DNA from: Entomortierella parvispora E1425
Taxonomy: Eukaryota > Fungi > Mortierellomycota
DNA length: 64,000 bases
Direction: 5' to 3'
NCBI GenBank assembly: GCA_020891255.1
Contig: BQFW01000007.1
Coordinates: 2,666,001 to 2,730,000, forward strand
Shown here: positions 50,370 through 59,576 of the stretch, piece by piece
How positions within the stretch are numbered: the first letter of the stretch is position 1
How the letters are laid out: each line of letters begins with the position of its first letter
Program-made: the position numbers and the translations under genes
The notes under the pieces: model-generated
Database searches by the model: none
The model's input: the letters and a program-made list of their open reading frames with translations, nothing else
Told to the model about the DNA's origin: nothing

Positions 50370-53300
50370 GAATTTGGTTTACTGGGATAATGGGGCAATA
50401 CTGTTATCAGTAGTTTTACTGCATCGTAATGGCTGCCGACGTCTATCATGGCACGATGAATAAATATGATCCACACGTTCAAAACAAGCTTTTGATACGC
50501 ACGCCTATGAATATGAAGACTACAAGTGCAAGGTTGACGCAGCCACTCTTTCAGAAGACAACACTGCTCCTCCAATTACAAAATATCATGGACTGAAGTT
50601 TTTGGAAGTTTTTTTTATTTCTTTTAGCAATTGAACTGTCAGAACCATTGAAACACGAAACCAGAAAGGAAACTAGTACGAGAAGAACCAGAAGGATGTA
50701 CGTTAATATCACTGTGAGGCACGAACTTCAATTGAGAAACACGCGCTCCCTTGTTCCCACAGCAACACATCACAAAAGGAACCGTCTTTTTCTTCTTCAG
50801 AAAGAAAGAAAAAAAAAAGGAAAGATTCAGAAATCAAATTCTCGACACAGATGATTAAGTCAGGGATAACTGATTAAAAATAAGTTCATCATTCACTTTC
50901 TTTTGTTTTTTTTTTCTTTTCTTTTCTGAAGAGGAGGGTCTCTTGTGTGTTATGTGTTGATTGCTGCTTAAGAGAGAGAGAGGAAGGGGAAGGATGAAGG
51001 AGGCACTTACGCGTTTCTTTGACACCTGCAACCAAAACGAACGATGAGCGCGAATGGTTGCAAGTGAGGGACACTGCTTTGGGTCAGGGACAGAGGCGAA
51101 CCTCAGCACCTCACTCAAAAAAATTGGCCCTGTTCTTGGGGTATAGTCTCATAAAGAGATAAAGATGGAAGAGGAAGGAAAGGGGGGAGAGTGGAAGGAT
51201 GGGAGTGGGAAGAAGAAGAGAAAAGAACTGTGTCACCATCGACATCGAATAAATACGGGAAGAAAAAAAAAAAAAAAGTAAACAATCGAAAAATCTCCAA
51301 GCCACCGACAGATCTGCCCACTCACGGTTGGTGGCAAAAACGATTTTGGTGGCAATTCTTTTTTTTGTTGTTGTTGTCTGCTGTGTGGTTGGTTTGCGCT
51401 TGTGGAGAACGCGCGCTGTCCCCTTGCGTTTGTCGCCGATCATACAATAAATCAAGGGGGCGAGGGACAGCAGGGGAGGCAAGAGGGTCCCTGTGGATGG
51501 GCTGGAGAAGAGGCACGTTGCCTTTGTTTCGATCTTTGGTGTTTCTGTGCAACGCCAACTCGGTTGTTGTTTGATGATTTGTGTATGCATTGCGTGTGTC
51601 CTTTTGCAGTTATTGTTGTTGTGTCTTGTGGACCTGTGGTTCGTTTCGGCAGCTCGATCACTCTTTTTCAGCCTGTGATGCAATGCGATGAGTTCAGCTG
51701 TTGTGTTTTTTTCCCATGGACCAAGAGGCGGGGGGGAACTGGACCATTTTTTTGTCCACCCTGTTTTTTTTTTATTTTTCATTTAGTTTGTCCCCGGGTG
51801 GAAGGTCAAGTTAGTCTTCTTTTTCCAATTGAAAGTTAATGGCGGCTGAAGGAAGGATGAATTGGTTTTGCACTTAAAAAAGAAATGGTTGATGGCGAAG
51901 AACCAGGCCCCCCCTGCCTTTGGTCGCTCACCTTTTTTTTTTTCATTTCTCTTCGCGATCGCTCTTTTTTTTTCTTTGATTGCTCCTCGACTTCTTTCCC
52001 GTTTTGCGTCCCGCTGGGAAGAAAAAAAAAGAGTTGTGCGCTTAGCACAAGCATCGGGCCCGCTCTTTTTTTTTTTTCTTCAGTTTCTGCTGTTCTAGCG
52101 AAAAGAGTTCGGAAGTCCGCAAAGACTTTAAAATATTTAGCGATGTATTGAGGGCTTTCCACAGGCTAAGATTCAGGTGTGCGCTACCCAGCCTTCAGCT
52201 GGTTCTCAGGTCTCGCCAGCCTGCAGTCCCTTCTCCCGCAAAAAGCACTCCCCTCCAACACACCCCATGACTAGGAGTTGGAAAAAACTTGATACACCGC
52301 AGTGTTGCATGGCAACCAGGAAACGATAGTCCCTGCCCGAGAATGTCCGAGAAAAAATAAGCTGCTGAGAGGGAAAAATCATTGTGTTGAATGAAAGAGG
52401 AGAAAAAAATGACTCGCGAGTACGGCCGCGTTAAGCCTAGTAACTGTCCACAGCCGGTGGACGAAAGCGAAATATTTCGATATCACGAAGATATCACCAA
52501 GTTTACCAGCGGAAGGATCGTCAAGCCAGGCATCAAGAAGTAAGGCACATTCCCCTGGCCCCTCTTGACAAGGCCACATCAAAGGAATGTGGGTTGTCAC
52601 GAGGGACCGGAGAATGCCAGTCTGAATGGACGGAAGACCACTTTGGGGACAGGACCTGATGGAAGCAAGAAGAAAAGTGCGGAAATTAGTTGACGCCATC
52701 CAAGAGGTCGCTTCGATGGATACAAGGGGCACAAAGGAAACCAAGGAGGGTAACCGGAGTGGTGCAAAAAAAAAAGCATATTAGGATAGTCTTCACTTGA
52801 ACAAGCAGGGCGTCCAAAGTGGCGACCCCAGGCGTTTACAACTAGAATATAATAAACCTCCCACGTTAGCGAGGGCCTTTGACAAGAAAAAAAAAAAAAA
52901 AAAAAAAAATAGCGAAAAGAGTTCGGAAGGCTTGCTGTTGGTTTAAAAGATGAAAAAGCTGAGCCCTTTCATGTGCCACAAAGAAGCAATTAGGGGGGAA
53001 GGAAGTGGAGGGAGTGGAGAAGAACCAAAAAAAAAAAAAAAAACCCCCCAAAATAAAATACTTGACTGGCTCTTATATTGGCCCATGTTGGCCGAAGAGC
53101 GCCTATCCAGGAGCCCACCAAAAGAATGTGTGTGAGATGAAGGCCCCAGCAGGATATAGATCCTCAAGAATGAATGAAGCCAAAAAAAAAAAAAAAAAAA
53201 AAAAATGAGCATGCCAGCCAGCAGGAAGGGAATAGAGTGGTCTGAAATGCTGCAGGTACAAATTTACGTCAATCAGGTATGACCGGGCAGCGTGCATGTG

Positions 53301-54529
53301 GGAGCGCGGAGCGCTTTGTGGGTGAGGGAGAAGGGAAACGTAAAAGTGAAAGGCCGAGATCCAGATGCTCTGGCCAGAGCAATGGTGCTGCTGCTCGTGG
53401 TGATGTTTGTTTTGGATAGAGTGGCATGCATACAATAATGCTGCCAGTTTGTTTGAAGAGGAGGAGGAGCAGCAGGGCAGACAATACAATAATAATATCA
53501 GCTCGCCGCATGTGCGAATCGATGCTAAGCAACAAAAAACACAAAAATAAGAACACGGACCTCTCTCCATCCCTCCAAGCAAAGGTCAGCAATGATCATG
53601 TCCACGAAGCAATAGAACACAAGAAGAGGGGTACACGAACCAGAGGACAACAACACGGGCAACGGGCGAACAGGAGATGAAGTGGAGCAGAGGGAGGGGC
53701 GGAGACTGACAGAGGGCAAATGGGCATGCAGCAACCTCCTAGGAGTGCGGGAAAGAAGGCGAGGGAAGAGAACATGTCCTGGGGCAACGATAGCGACGAA
53801 AAGGGGGGCAGAGGCAAGGCGAAGGAAGCGAGCGACCATGATCATGGCCATGGCCCAAGCCAAGGACGGACGGACACGGTGAGAGTACAGTAAGTAGGGG
53901 GAGCCAATAATGGCGGAGGATGGCCCAAGCTGGGCCGGCGGTGCCGAACCACAGCAAGCTGAAGCAACTGAAGGCAGCTGAAGACTGCACCTTGCGCAAA
54001 TAAACAGACGAATGACCTTGCTACTGCCCAAGGTCTTTCTCTTCTTTCCTCCCTCCTTCTCTTCTCTGCTTTGCATCATCGCCCATCCCTCAGCGCTGTT
54101 CATTGCATCGTCTCTTCTCTCTTCTCTTCCTCCTCCTCCTCCTCCTCCTTCCCTTCCTCCCTCCTCCTCCTCCCTCCTCCTCATCTCTTGTTCTTTCTTT
54201 ACCCTCCATCCGCTACCTTGTAATAATAGAAGTACTGTAGCATCTCTCTCACCCATTCCACATGGTAATGACCTGTCTCCTTTCCTCCTCCTCGTCCGTT
54301 CTCCTCCATCCCATCCTTTGCCACCCTCTTTCTTTCGCCCTCGCCCCTTTGACCCTGACAAGCCGCCCTCCTATTCAAAACAAAGACACAAACGCTCCTC
54401 TACCCTGACTATCTCTCTCCGTCCAACGTCTGCAATATCCCTCCCCTTCCTCCTTCCTCCTCCCTCCACATCTCCTTCATCATCATCTCTCAACAAAGCA
54501 CAGCCGAGCCAGCGGCCGCATCTCATCTC

Positions 54530-56953
54530 ATGGGTGCCACCGTTGAAATTGAGCCACGAACGAGCATGGAGCGCCATCTGATGGACCGCGACCGCGACGG
54601 CCAGTTGTACCTGGAGGCGCGACGCCAGCAGGCCGTCCAGGACCTCCTTGAGAATCGAAAGTCGTTCCTCTCCACAATCACCCCTCCCTCCACCAACCCC
54701 TCCTCGGCTGCATCCTCGCTCTTCCAAGAGCCCGGCGCTGTGTCCTCTTCATTACCCGAGATCAGTATCTCCTTGCCCACAGACGGAGACCAGGACGACA
54801 CCGGAACCGGGCAGGGTCAGAGCTCGTTTCAGAGTCTTGATCATCGTCCGAGTCTCGACCCTGTACCCCTCAGTGCTCCCCCCGAGTCCACCACAGCCTC
54901 GGGCTTGGTTGCGACAGCGCTGCCCTTGCCTCAGCCCCGGCAACCCCTTTCTTCGGCAGCACTCAAAGAGACGCGTCAACGTTCTGGGTCCGGGCGTGGA
55001 CGTTCATTGGCCAATGCGGACCGACCTATCCTGCCAATCTCGCCCTCCAGTCTTGAATACCAGTTAACGGCCAGTCTGCTCAGCTATCATCAACCAGGCG
55101 GAAGCAGCTCCACCGCCGCACAATCCCGCTCGCGATCGCGATCAAGGCCCCGCCAAAAGAAGACGCGTCGCGATGGAGCCAGGGATGGAGACAAAGAAAA
55201 AGTCCCCGGAGTTCGAGGTGGTTCTAGACACCACCACCAAAACAGCGACAGCACCAGTGGACAGAGCGACTCCTTGAACTTGGATCCCAAGACTTCGACC
55301 ACAAAGATGTCTTCTATAGAACCAGCCACCGAGGACCAACAACCCAAGATCGTCAGCATCCCCCTTCCTCCCATCCCCCCATCGCCTCCACTTCCTCCAC
55401 TGCCACCAAAGAGTCCTCGTAGTCTTATTGCACACTACTTTCCGAGCTCGCTCCCTCCGCCACCGGCCCGAGGTCGAGCGCATACAGTTCAAAAGGCGTC
55501 CCTGCAAGCCCCCATGCCACTCAAGACACCGACCTTTGGACCTGAAGCCACTGTATCCTCTTCCACTGCCATGGATGCACCTCCGATGCCCTCGCCTTCA
55601 GTATCGTTCAACTATATACCCTTCGTCAACCAGTCGCACTCCTCGTTTAATACAGGCGCATCTGCTCGACCTTCACCCAACTCTTCCTCTTTAAATATTA
55701 CGGGGCCCATCCCCATCAGAGCGCACCATCTCCTCCGTCTTCAGCATCAACATCGACTGCCCTCGGATGTGGACATTTTTTTTTCGCACCAACACCAACA
55801 ACAACAACCCAGCAACACTAATTCTAATCAATACGAGATCTCCTCGAGGATGGCCTTTGCTGTTGATCCAACTGACAACATCTTGTTCGCACCAGTTCGA
55901 ACGCGCTCGCCTTCTGGAAACTGCCATACTGACTCTCCCCCTGCAACGGGATCGACATCTTCGTTGACAATGCCCGTCTATCCAAAGGGATTGTTACCAG
56001 CCGCACTTCATCACTCCCGAGGCGACTTTAACTATCCATCAACAGTCATTCGCATGCAACAAAAACCGGTGCCTTACATCCGCGAACCACTCCCCCGCGA
56101 GGAAGTACCAGCGACAGATCTACCAAGTGTTGTCAGCAGTACAAACACCAGTCGCGACTTGGAGATTGTAGTAGAGGAGATTACGGGACGGTTGCGCACG
56201 AATCGCACGAGCCTGGACCCATGGCCGCTTTATTCCGACCCTTGGGAGCAAAAGCCATTACCACCTCTCCAAGCAGAACCTGGCCAGCGCTATTGGGTCT
56301 TTAGAGATCAGGATGGGTGGGTGCCTGGACCGATTCTTTTTATCTTCGGCCATGTCTGTCCCCCATTGTGGTGGATTGGAAGTTTCTATCCTCGCAGCCA
56401 GCATCCGGACTACAGCAACAACAGCTCGATGATGTCCCTGCCAGCTTCTGAAGGAGTCCCCACCCTCCCAGTCCTCCCTCCTCCCGCTGGATCCACCGCC
56501 TCTGCCTCTTCTTCTTCGACTCAGGGATGGCAGAAACGTGTTCGCGCCCTTGGAACAGTGGCGTCGATAGCCTGGCTTAGAATCACTCGGAAAAAGCCCC
56601 CGACACTCGTCCCCCAATCCCACTCGCCGCAACAGCAGACGACCTGTGTATCCGGCATCAGCGACCAGAACGGGTCCATTATTGCGGCACGGGCTTCGTC
56701 AGCTGGATTGGCGGCGGTGGTGGCGATTGAAGCCACGGCGGCCGCGGCTGCGAACGCAACACCGGATCGACGTCATGGTCCCTGGTCGACGGATGATCAT
56801 GCATCCTCGTTGTTTGAGCAACGGTTGGAGCATGATCAAAAGGTGCTGCGGTACCAACTTGATCTTCGATGGAAACGGTTGAACCTGATTTGGACGGTGA
56901 GCTCGTTCGTCCTTGCGATTACTGTTACGGCCTTTGTTGTTGGTCTCCATTGA
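54530..56953 (+). CDS. Hypothetical 807-aa protein: long disordered S/P-rich region with C-terminal membrane segments
   Basis: Single uninterrupted ORF with hydrophobic GPILFIFGHVCPPLWWIGSFYP and a terminal RWKRLNLIWTVSSFVLAITVTAFVVGLH segment. Confidence 0.75.
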   Translation: MGATVEIEPRTSMERHLMDRDRDGQLYLEARRQQAVQDLLENRKSFLSTITPPSTNPSSAASSLFQEPGAVSSSLPEISISLPTDGDQDDTGTGQGQSSFQSLDHRPSLDPVPLSAPPESTTASGLVATALPLPQPRQPLSSAALKETRQRSGSGRGRSLANADRPILPISPSSLEYQLTASLLSYHQPGGSSSTAAQSRSRSRSRPRQKKTRRDGARDGDKEKVPGVRGGSRHHHQNSDSTSGQSDSLNLDPKTSTTKMSSIEPATEDQQPKIVSIPLPPIPPSPPLPPLPPKSPRSLIAHYFPSSLPPPPARGRAHTVQKASLQAPMPLKTPTFGPEATVSSSTAMDAPPMPSPSVSFNYIPFVNQSHSSFNTGASARPSPNSSSLNITGPIPIRAHHLLRLQHQHRLPSDVDIFFSHQHQQQQPSNTNSNQYEISSRMAFAVDPTDNILFAPVRTRSPSGNCHTDSPPATGSTSSLTMPVYPKGLLPAALHHSRGDFNYPSTVIRMQQKPVPYIREPLPREEVPATDLPSVVSSTNTSRDLEIVVEEITGRLRTNRTSLDPWPLYSDPWEQKPLPPLQAEPGQRYWVFRDQDGWVPGPILFIFGHVCPPLWWIGSFYPRSQHPDYSNNSSMMSLPASEGVPTLPVLPPPAGSTASASSSSTQGWQKRVRALGTVASIAWLRITRKKPPTLVPQSHSPQQQTTCVSGISDQNGSIIAARASSAGLAAVVAIEATAAAAANATPDRRHGPWSTDDHASSLFEQRLEHDQKVLRYQLDLRWKRLNLIWTVSSFVLAITVTAFVVGLH

Positions 56954-57491
56954 GGAGGGAAAAAAGGGGTGGTGTGCTTTTGCTTCAAGGAAGGGTCGTC
57001 TCCACTCCTCCTCCTCCTTTTCTTTCATCTTTTGCGTCTTTTTCTTTTCTCTTGATCTCTATTCTACTTTTCGTTCCTGTATTTATTATTTGACGAGGAC
57101 TTTTTTTTTTTTAATCGTCGCCTTCACTCACCTTGTAATATTACTTATTGTAAAATAATAAAAATTGCCTATTCTCCTGTAACAAGATGCAGCCTCTCTT
57201 TCCTAAGAAGCCGCTATGTCGTGTCGTTGGTTAGTTTTCCGTCGACTACGGAGAGGGGGTTTAATTTTTGGGTCTTTTGATCCACTGACCCTCGCCTCTC
57301 GTCTCTTCATCCCAGACTGATCCACTTCTTTACTGTCCATGATCGTTGACAGTCTGACGTGGATAAGATACGAAAAAAAGAGGGTCTCGCCCCCCCTCTG
57401 GTAGGTGAAAAAGCTTCCCAACATCCCTCGACATGGTTGGGTTTCCTCCAAAGAGGAAAAAAATATTCAGACAACGGATTGTCAAAAGTAA

Positions 57492-57574
57492 TGGTAGAAG
57501 TGGGATTTGAACCCACGCCTCTCTCGAGACCGCAACTTGAGTGCGGCGCCTTAGACCAACTCGGCCATCCTACC
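57492..57574 (-). tRNA. tRNA-Leu(CAA), intronless
   Basis: The minus strand reads GGTAGGATGGCCGAGTTGGTCTAAGGCGCCGCACTCAAGTTGCGGTCTCGAGAGAGGCGTGGGTTCAAATCCCACTTCTACCA. It has acceptor stem GGTAGGA/TTCTACC, anticodon stem CCGCA/TGCGG with loop CT-CAA-GT, a long variable arm and a GTTCAAATC T-loop. A T4 run follows at 57484-57487. Confidence 0.96.
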
Positions 57575-57588
57575 CTGTTTGATGATTT

Positions 57589-58088
57589 TGTCGTGAATCA
57601 GACTGCTTTTATCCCCGCCAGCTCCGCGTCTGATCACATGACTTACGATCACCTGACCGCCGACACGCCTGATGTTGTTGCGCGCCCTCATTGCACTTGT
57701 GCCGCGCGTCATCGTCGTTGTCGACTACCCTCAATCGTGTATACTCACGAACGGAGCATTTCATGTTTCTCCGACATTAACCTACCAACCGTTGCCAATC
57801 AAAAGCTTGTCTCCACGCCGGTCGACCAAGCTCTTTGAAACCTCGGACGTTAGGGCCCCTATTCCAGAATAGTCATAAGCCCTTCACTATTTATTTCCAT
57901 AGTGTCAGCAGTATAGTCTCACTTCACTACCTTCAGTATATAAGTAGCTCTGTATCGAGACTTAGAACGGCATCCTTTCTTTGCCCTTCCATCTCGATTA
58001 CAGTCAAGGTAGCTGACTGTGGTGCCCAGTGTAGAAGAACACGCTCGACACACCCTAAGGATCAGTCGTGATACCGAGAGTCACGACA
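57589..58088 (+). repeat. 5' LTR (500 bp)
   Basis: It begins TGTCGTGA and ends TCACGACA (8-bp terminal inverted repeat). A TATATAA motif lies at 57937-57943. No difference from the 3' LTR was found by eye. Confidence 0.98.
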
Positions 58089-58092
58089 AATT

Positions 58093-58105
58093 TGGTAGCA
58101 AAGGA
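58093..58105 (+). other. Primer-binding site, probably for initiator tRNA-Met
   Basis: TGGTAGCA(AAGGA) lies 4 nt after the 5' LTR. It is complementary to a tRNA 3' end ...UGCU-A-CCA, i.e. with U72, a feature of eukaryotic initiator tRNA. Confidence 0.7.
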
Positions 58106-58203
58106 CAGTAGCAGTCCTACCGCCACGCCCATCCAAAGGACAGTAGTAGTCCTACCGCCACGCCCATTCAAAGGACAGTAGTAGTCCTACCGCCACGCCA
58201 TTC
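58100..58203 (+). repeat. Three tandem 34-35-bp repeats, each with an AGGAC/GTCCT hairpin, in the element 5' UTR
   Basis: Copies are at 58100-58134, 58135-58169 and 58170-58203, with consensus aaaggacagtagtagtcctaccgccacgcccattc. Confidence 0.92.
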
Positions 58204-58238
58204 AAGACGACCACCTTCCCTACCCACTTCCTTACATC

Positions 58239-59576
58239 ATGAATCAACATCAACACAACTTCGACGACGATATTGACGATGAACCCAACATGTCAAGCTA
58301 TCACGCCGCCTCCACCTTCACCGTTCCCGAACCTGTGATCCACAATGATCATCCCAAAAAGAACCTTTTGCCCTCGGATCATGAAACTTTCAATGGCACC
58401 TGCTCCCACCACGAGGCCCGAGCATGGTTGCTACAGACAGAGTTGATTGCAGACATCAGTGAGATTCCTAGACCGAAATGGCCCAGAGCCGCGATTGCCA
58501 AGCTTCGAGGTGACGCAAGAGTCTGGGGCCTGAATTACAACTCACTCCACACCAATGCCACGTGGGACACTTTCTCAGCCGCCTTTTTAAGTCAGTTCAG
58601 CTCAGAAGACTTGGAAGAGACCCTTCGCAACGAACTCGATAGTGTTGTCTGGGAAAAGACAGACACCCCCAACACCTTCTTCCACCGTTTTCAGTTTGCT
58701 TTGATGCCTCTTGGTACCAATGTATCTGAAGGAGAAAAAGTACACGTCTTCAAGACCCGAAGTCCACAATTTTTGCGAAAATTTCTGATCGAACACCAAG
58801 TCAAAACCTGGCAACAAGTCCGCCAACACTGTGAAATCCGAACAGAGATGAGCACAAGCCTTGGTATCATTTCCCAATCCGCGCAGAACCGAATCAACCA
58901 AGCCAGACAAACGCCGCCGTCTCGCCCTTTTGTTGCTCCATCACGCTTTGGTTCCCCAAGACTTTTCCAACACCACGCTGCTGCAACAGCCCCGCCCCCT
59001 CGTCCCTCTCACATTACTGGAAACCCCACTACTGGTTTTTCAACTGGAAAACGCGTTAGTTTCTCTGGTCATCCGTTTTCACGCCCTCCAGATCGACGAG
59101 ACAGCACCCAAAACCAAAATCAAAGTCAAGGTCGTCGATCTTCGATGGATATGGACGTTGATGTGTTCAACATCGAGTGCCACAATTGCGGAGACAATCA
59201 CAAGGCCGCAGAATGCCCCAAGCCGCAAACTTGTTATAACTGTGGACAGCGAGGACACTACAAACGCGACTGCCCTCAAGGAGGACAAAACCAAGGACGA
59301 CCACAACGAAGGAATCGCCCAAACGTGAACATCAACATGACCCATATCGATCCACAAGATTTCAAGCCCGAAACTTGCCCATTGATGGTCGTACCCCTCT
59401 ACGTCGACGGTTGGCAATTCGACGCCCTTTTTGATAACGGCGCCAACGTCAACGTTATTTCTTCTCGTGCCCTCGAAGTTATCCGTGAAGAATCCCCGGA
59501 ATCCATCCTCGATGAAAAACGAATCTATGAGCCGACCCCTGTACGAACAGCCCATGCAGGGAGACCTAGGTGCTAA
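58239..59576 (+). CDS. gag: Gag (capsid-like region, two Zn knuckles) fused to the N-terminal half of the aspartic protease
   Basis: It contains the capsid-like segment KLRGDARVW...TWDTFSAAFLSQF and knuckles CHNCGDNHKAAEC and CYNCGQRGHYKRDC (59178-59273). The protease-site-like FDALFDNGANVNVIS (GAT at 59433) lies in this frame. Confidence 0.92.
   Translation: MNQHQHNFDDDIDDEPNMSSYHAASTFTVPEPVIHNDHPKKNLLPSDHETFNGTCSHHEARAWLLQTELIADISEIPRPKWPRAAIAKLRGDARVWGLNYNSLHTNATWDTFSAAFLSQFSSEDLEETLRNELDSVVWEKTDTPNTFFHRFQFALMPLGTNVSEGEKVHVFKTRSPQFLRKFLIEHQVKTWQQVRQHCEIRTEMSTSLGIISQSAQNRINQARQTPPSRPFVAPSRFGSPRLFQHHAAATAPPPRPSHITGNPTTGFSTGKRVSFSGHPFSRPPDRRDSTQNQNQSQGRRSSMDMDVDVFNIECHNCGDNHKAAECPKPQTCYNCGQRGHYKRDCPQGGQNQGRPQRRNRPNVNINMTHIDPQDFKPETCPLMVVPLYVDGWQFDALFDNGANVNVISSRALEVIREESPESILDEKRIYEPTPVRTAHAGRPRC

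Noticed and set aside
1448-53205. Numerous 15-30-nt poly(A)/poly(T) tracts
   Set aside because: They occur throughout introns and UTRs as a genome-wide trait. None is paired with a TSD or retro-copy body, and their lengths may be unreliable.
57359-57838. 159-aa plus-strand ORF spanning the antisense tRNA and the 5' LTR
   Set aside because: It is a chimera created by the insertion: the antisense tRNA happens to join the LTR frame that is open because pol overlaps U3. It is not a gene.
57492-58105. Idea that the adjacent tRNA-Leu primes reverse transcription (both sites read TGGTAG on the plus strand)
   Set aside because: Mature tRNA-Leu ends ...UUCUACC-A-CCA, which needs a PBS of TGGTGGTAGAA. 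The observed TGGTAGCA fits an initiator-type tRNA instead.
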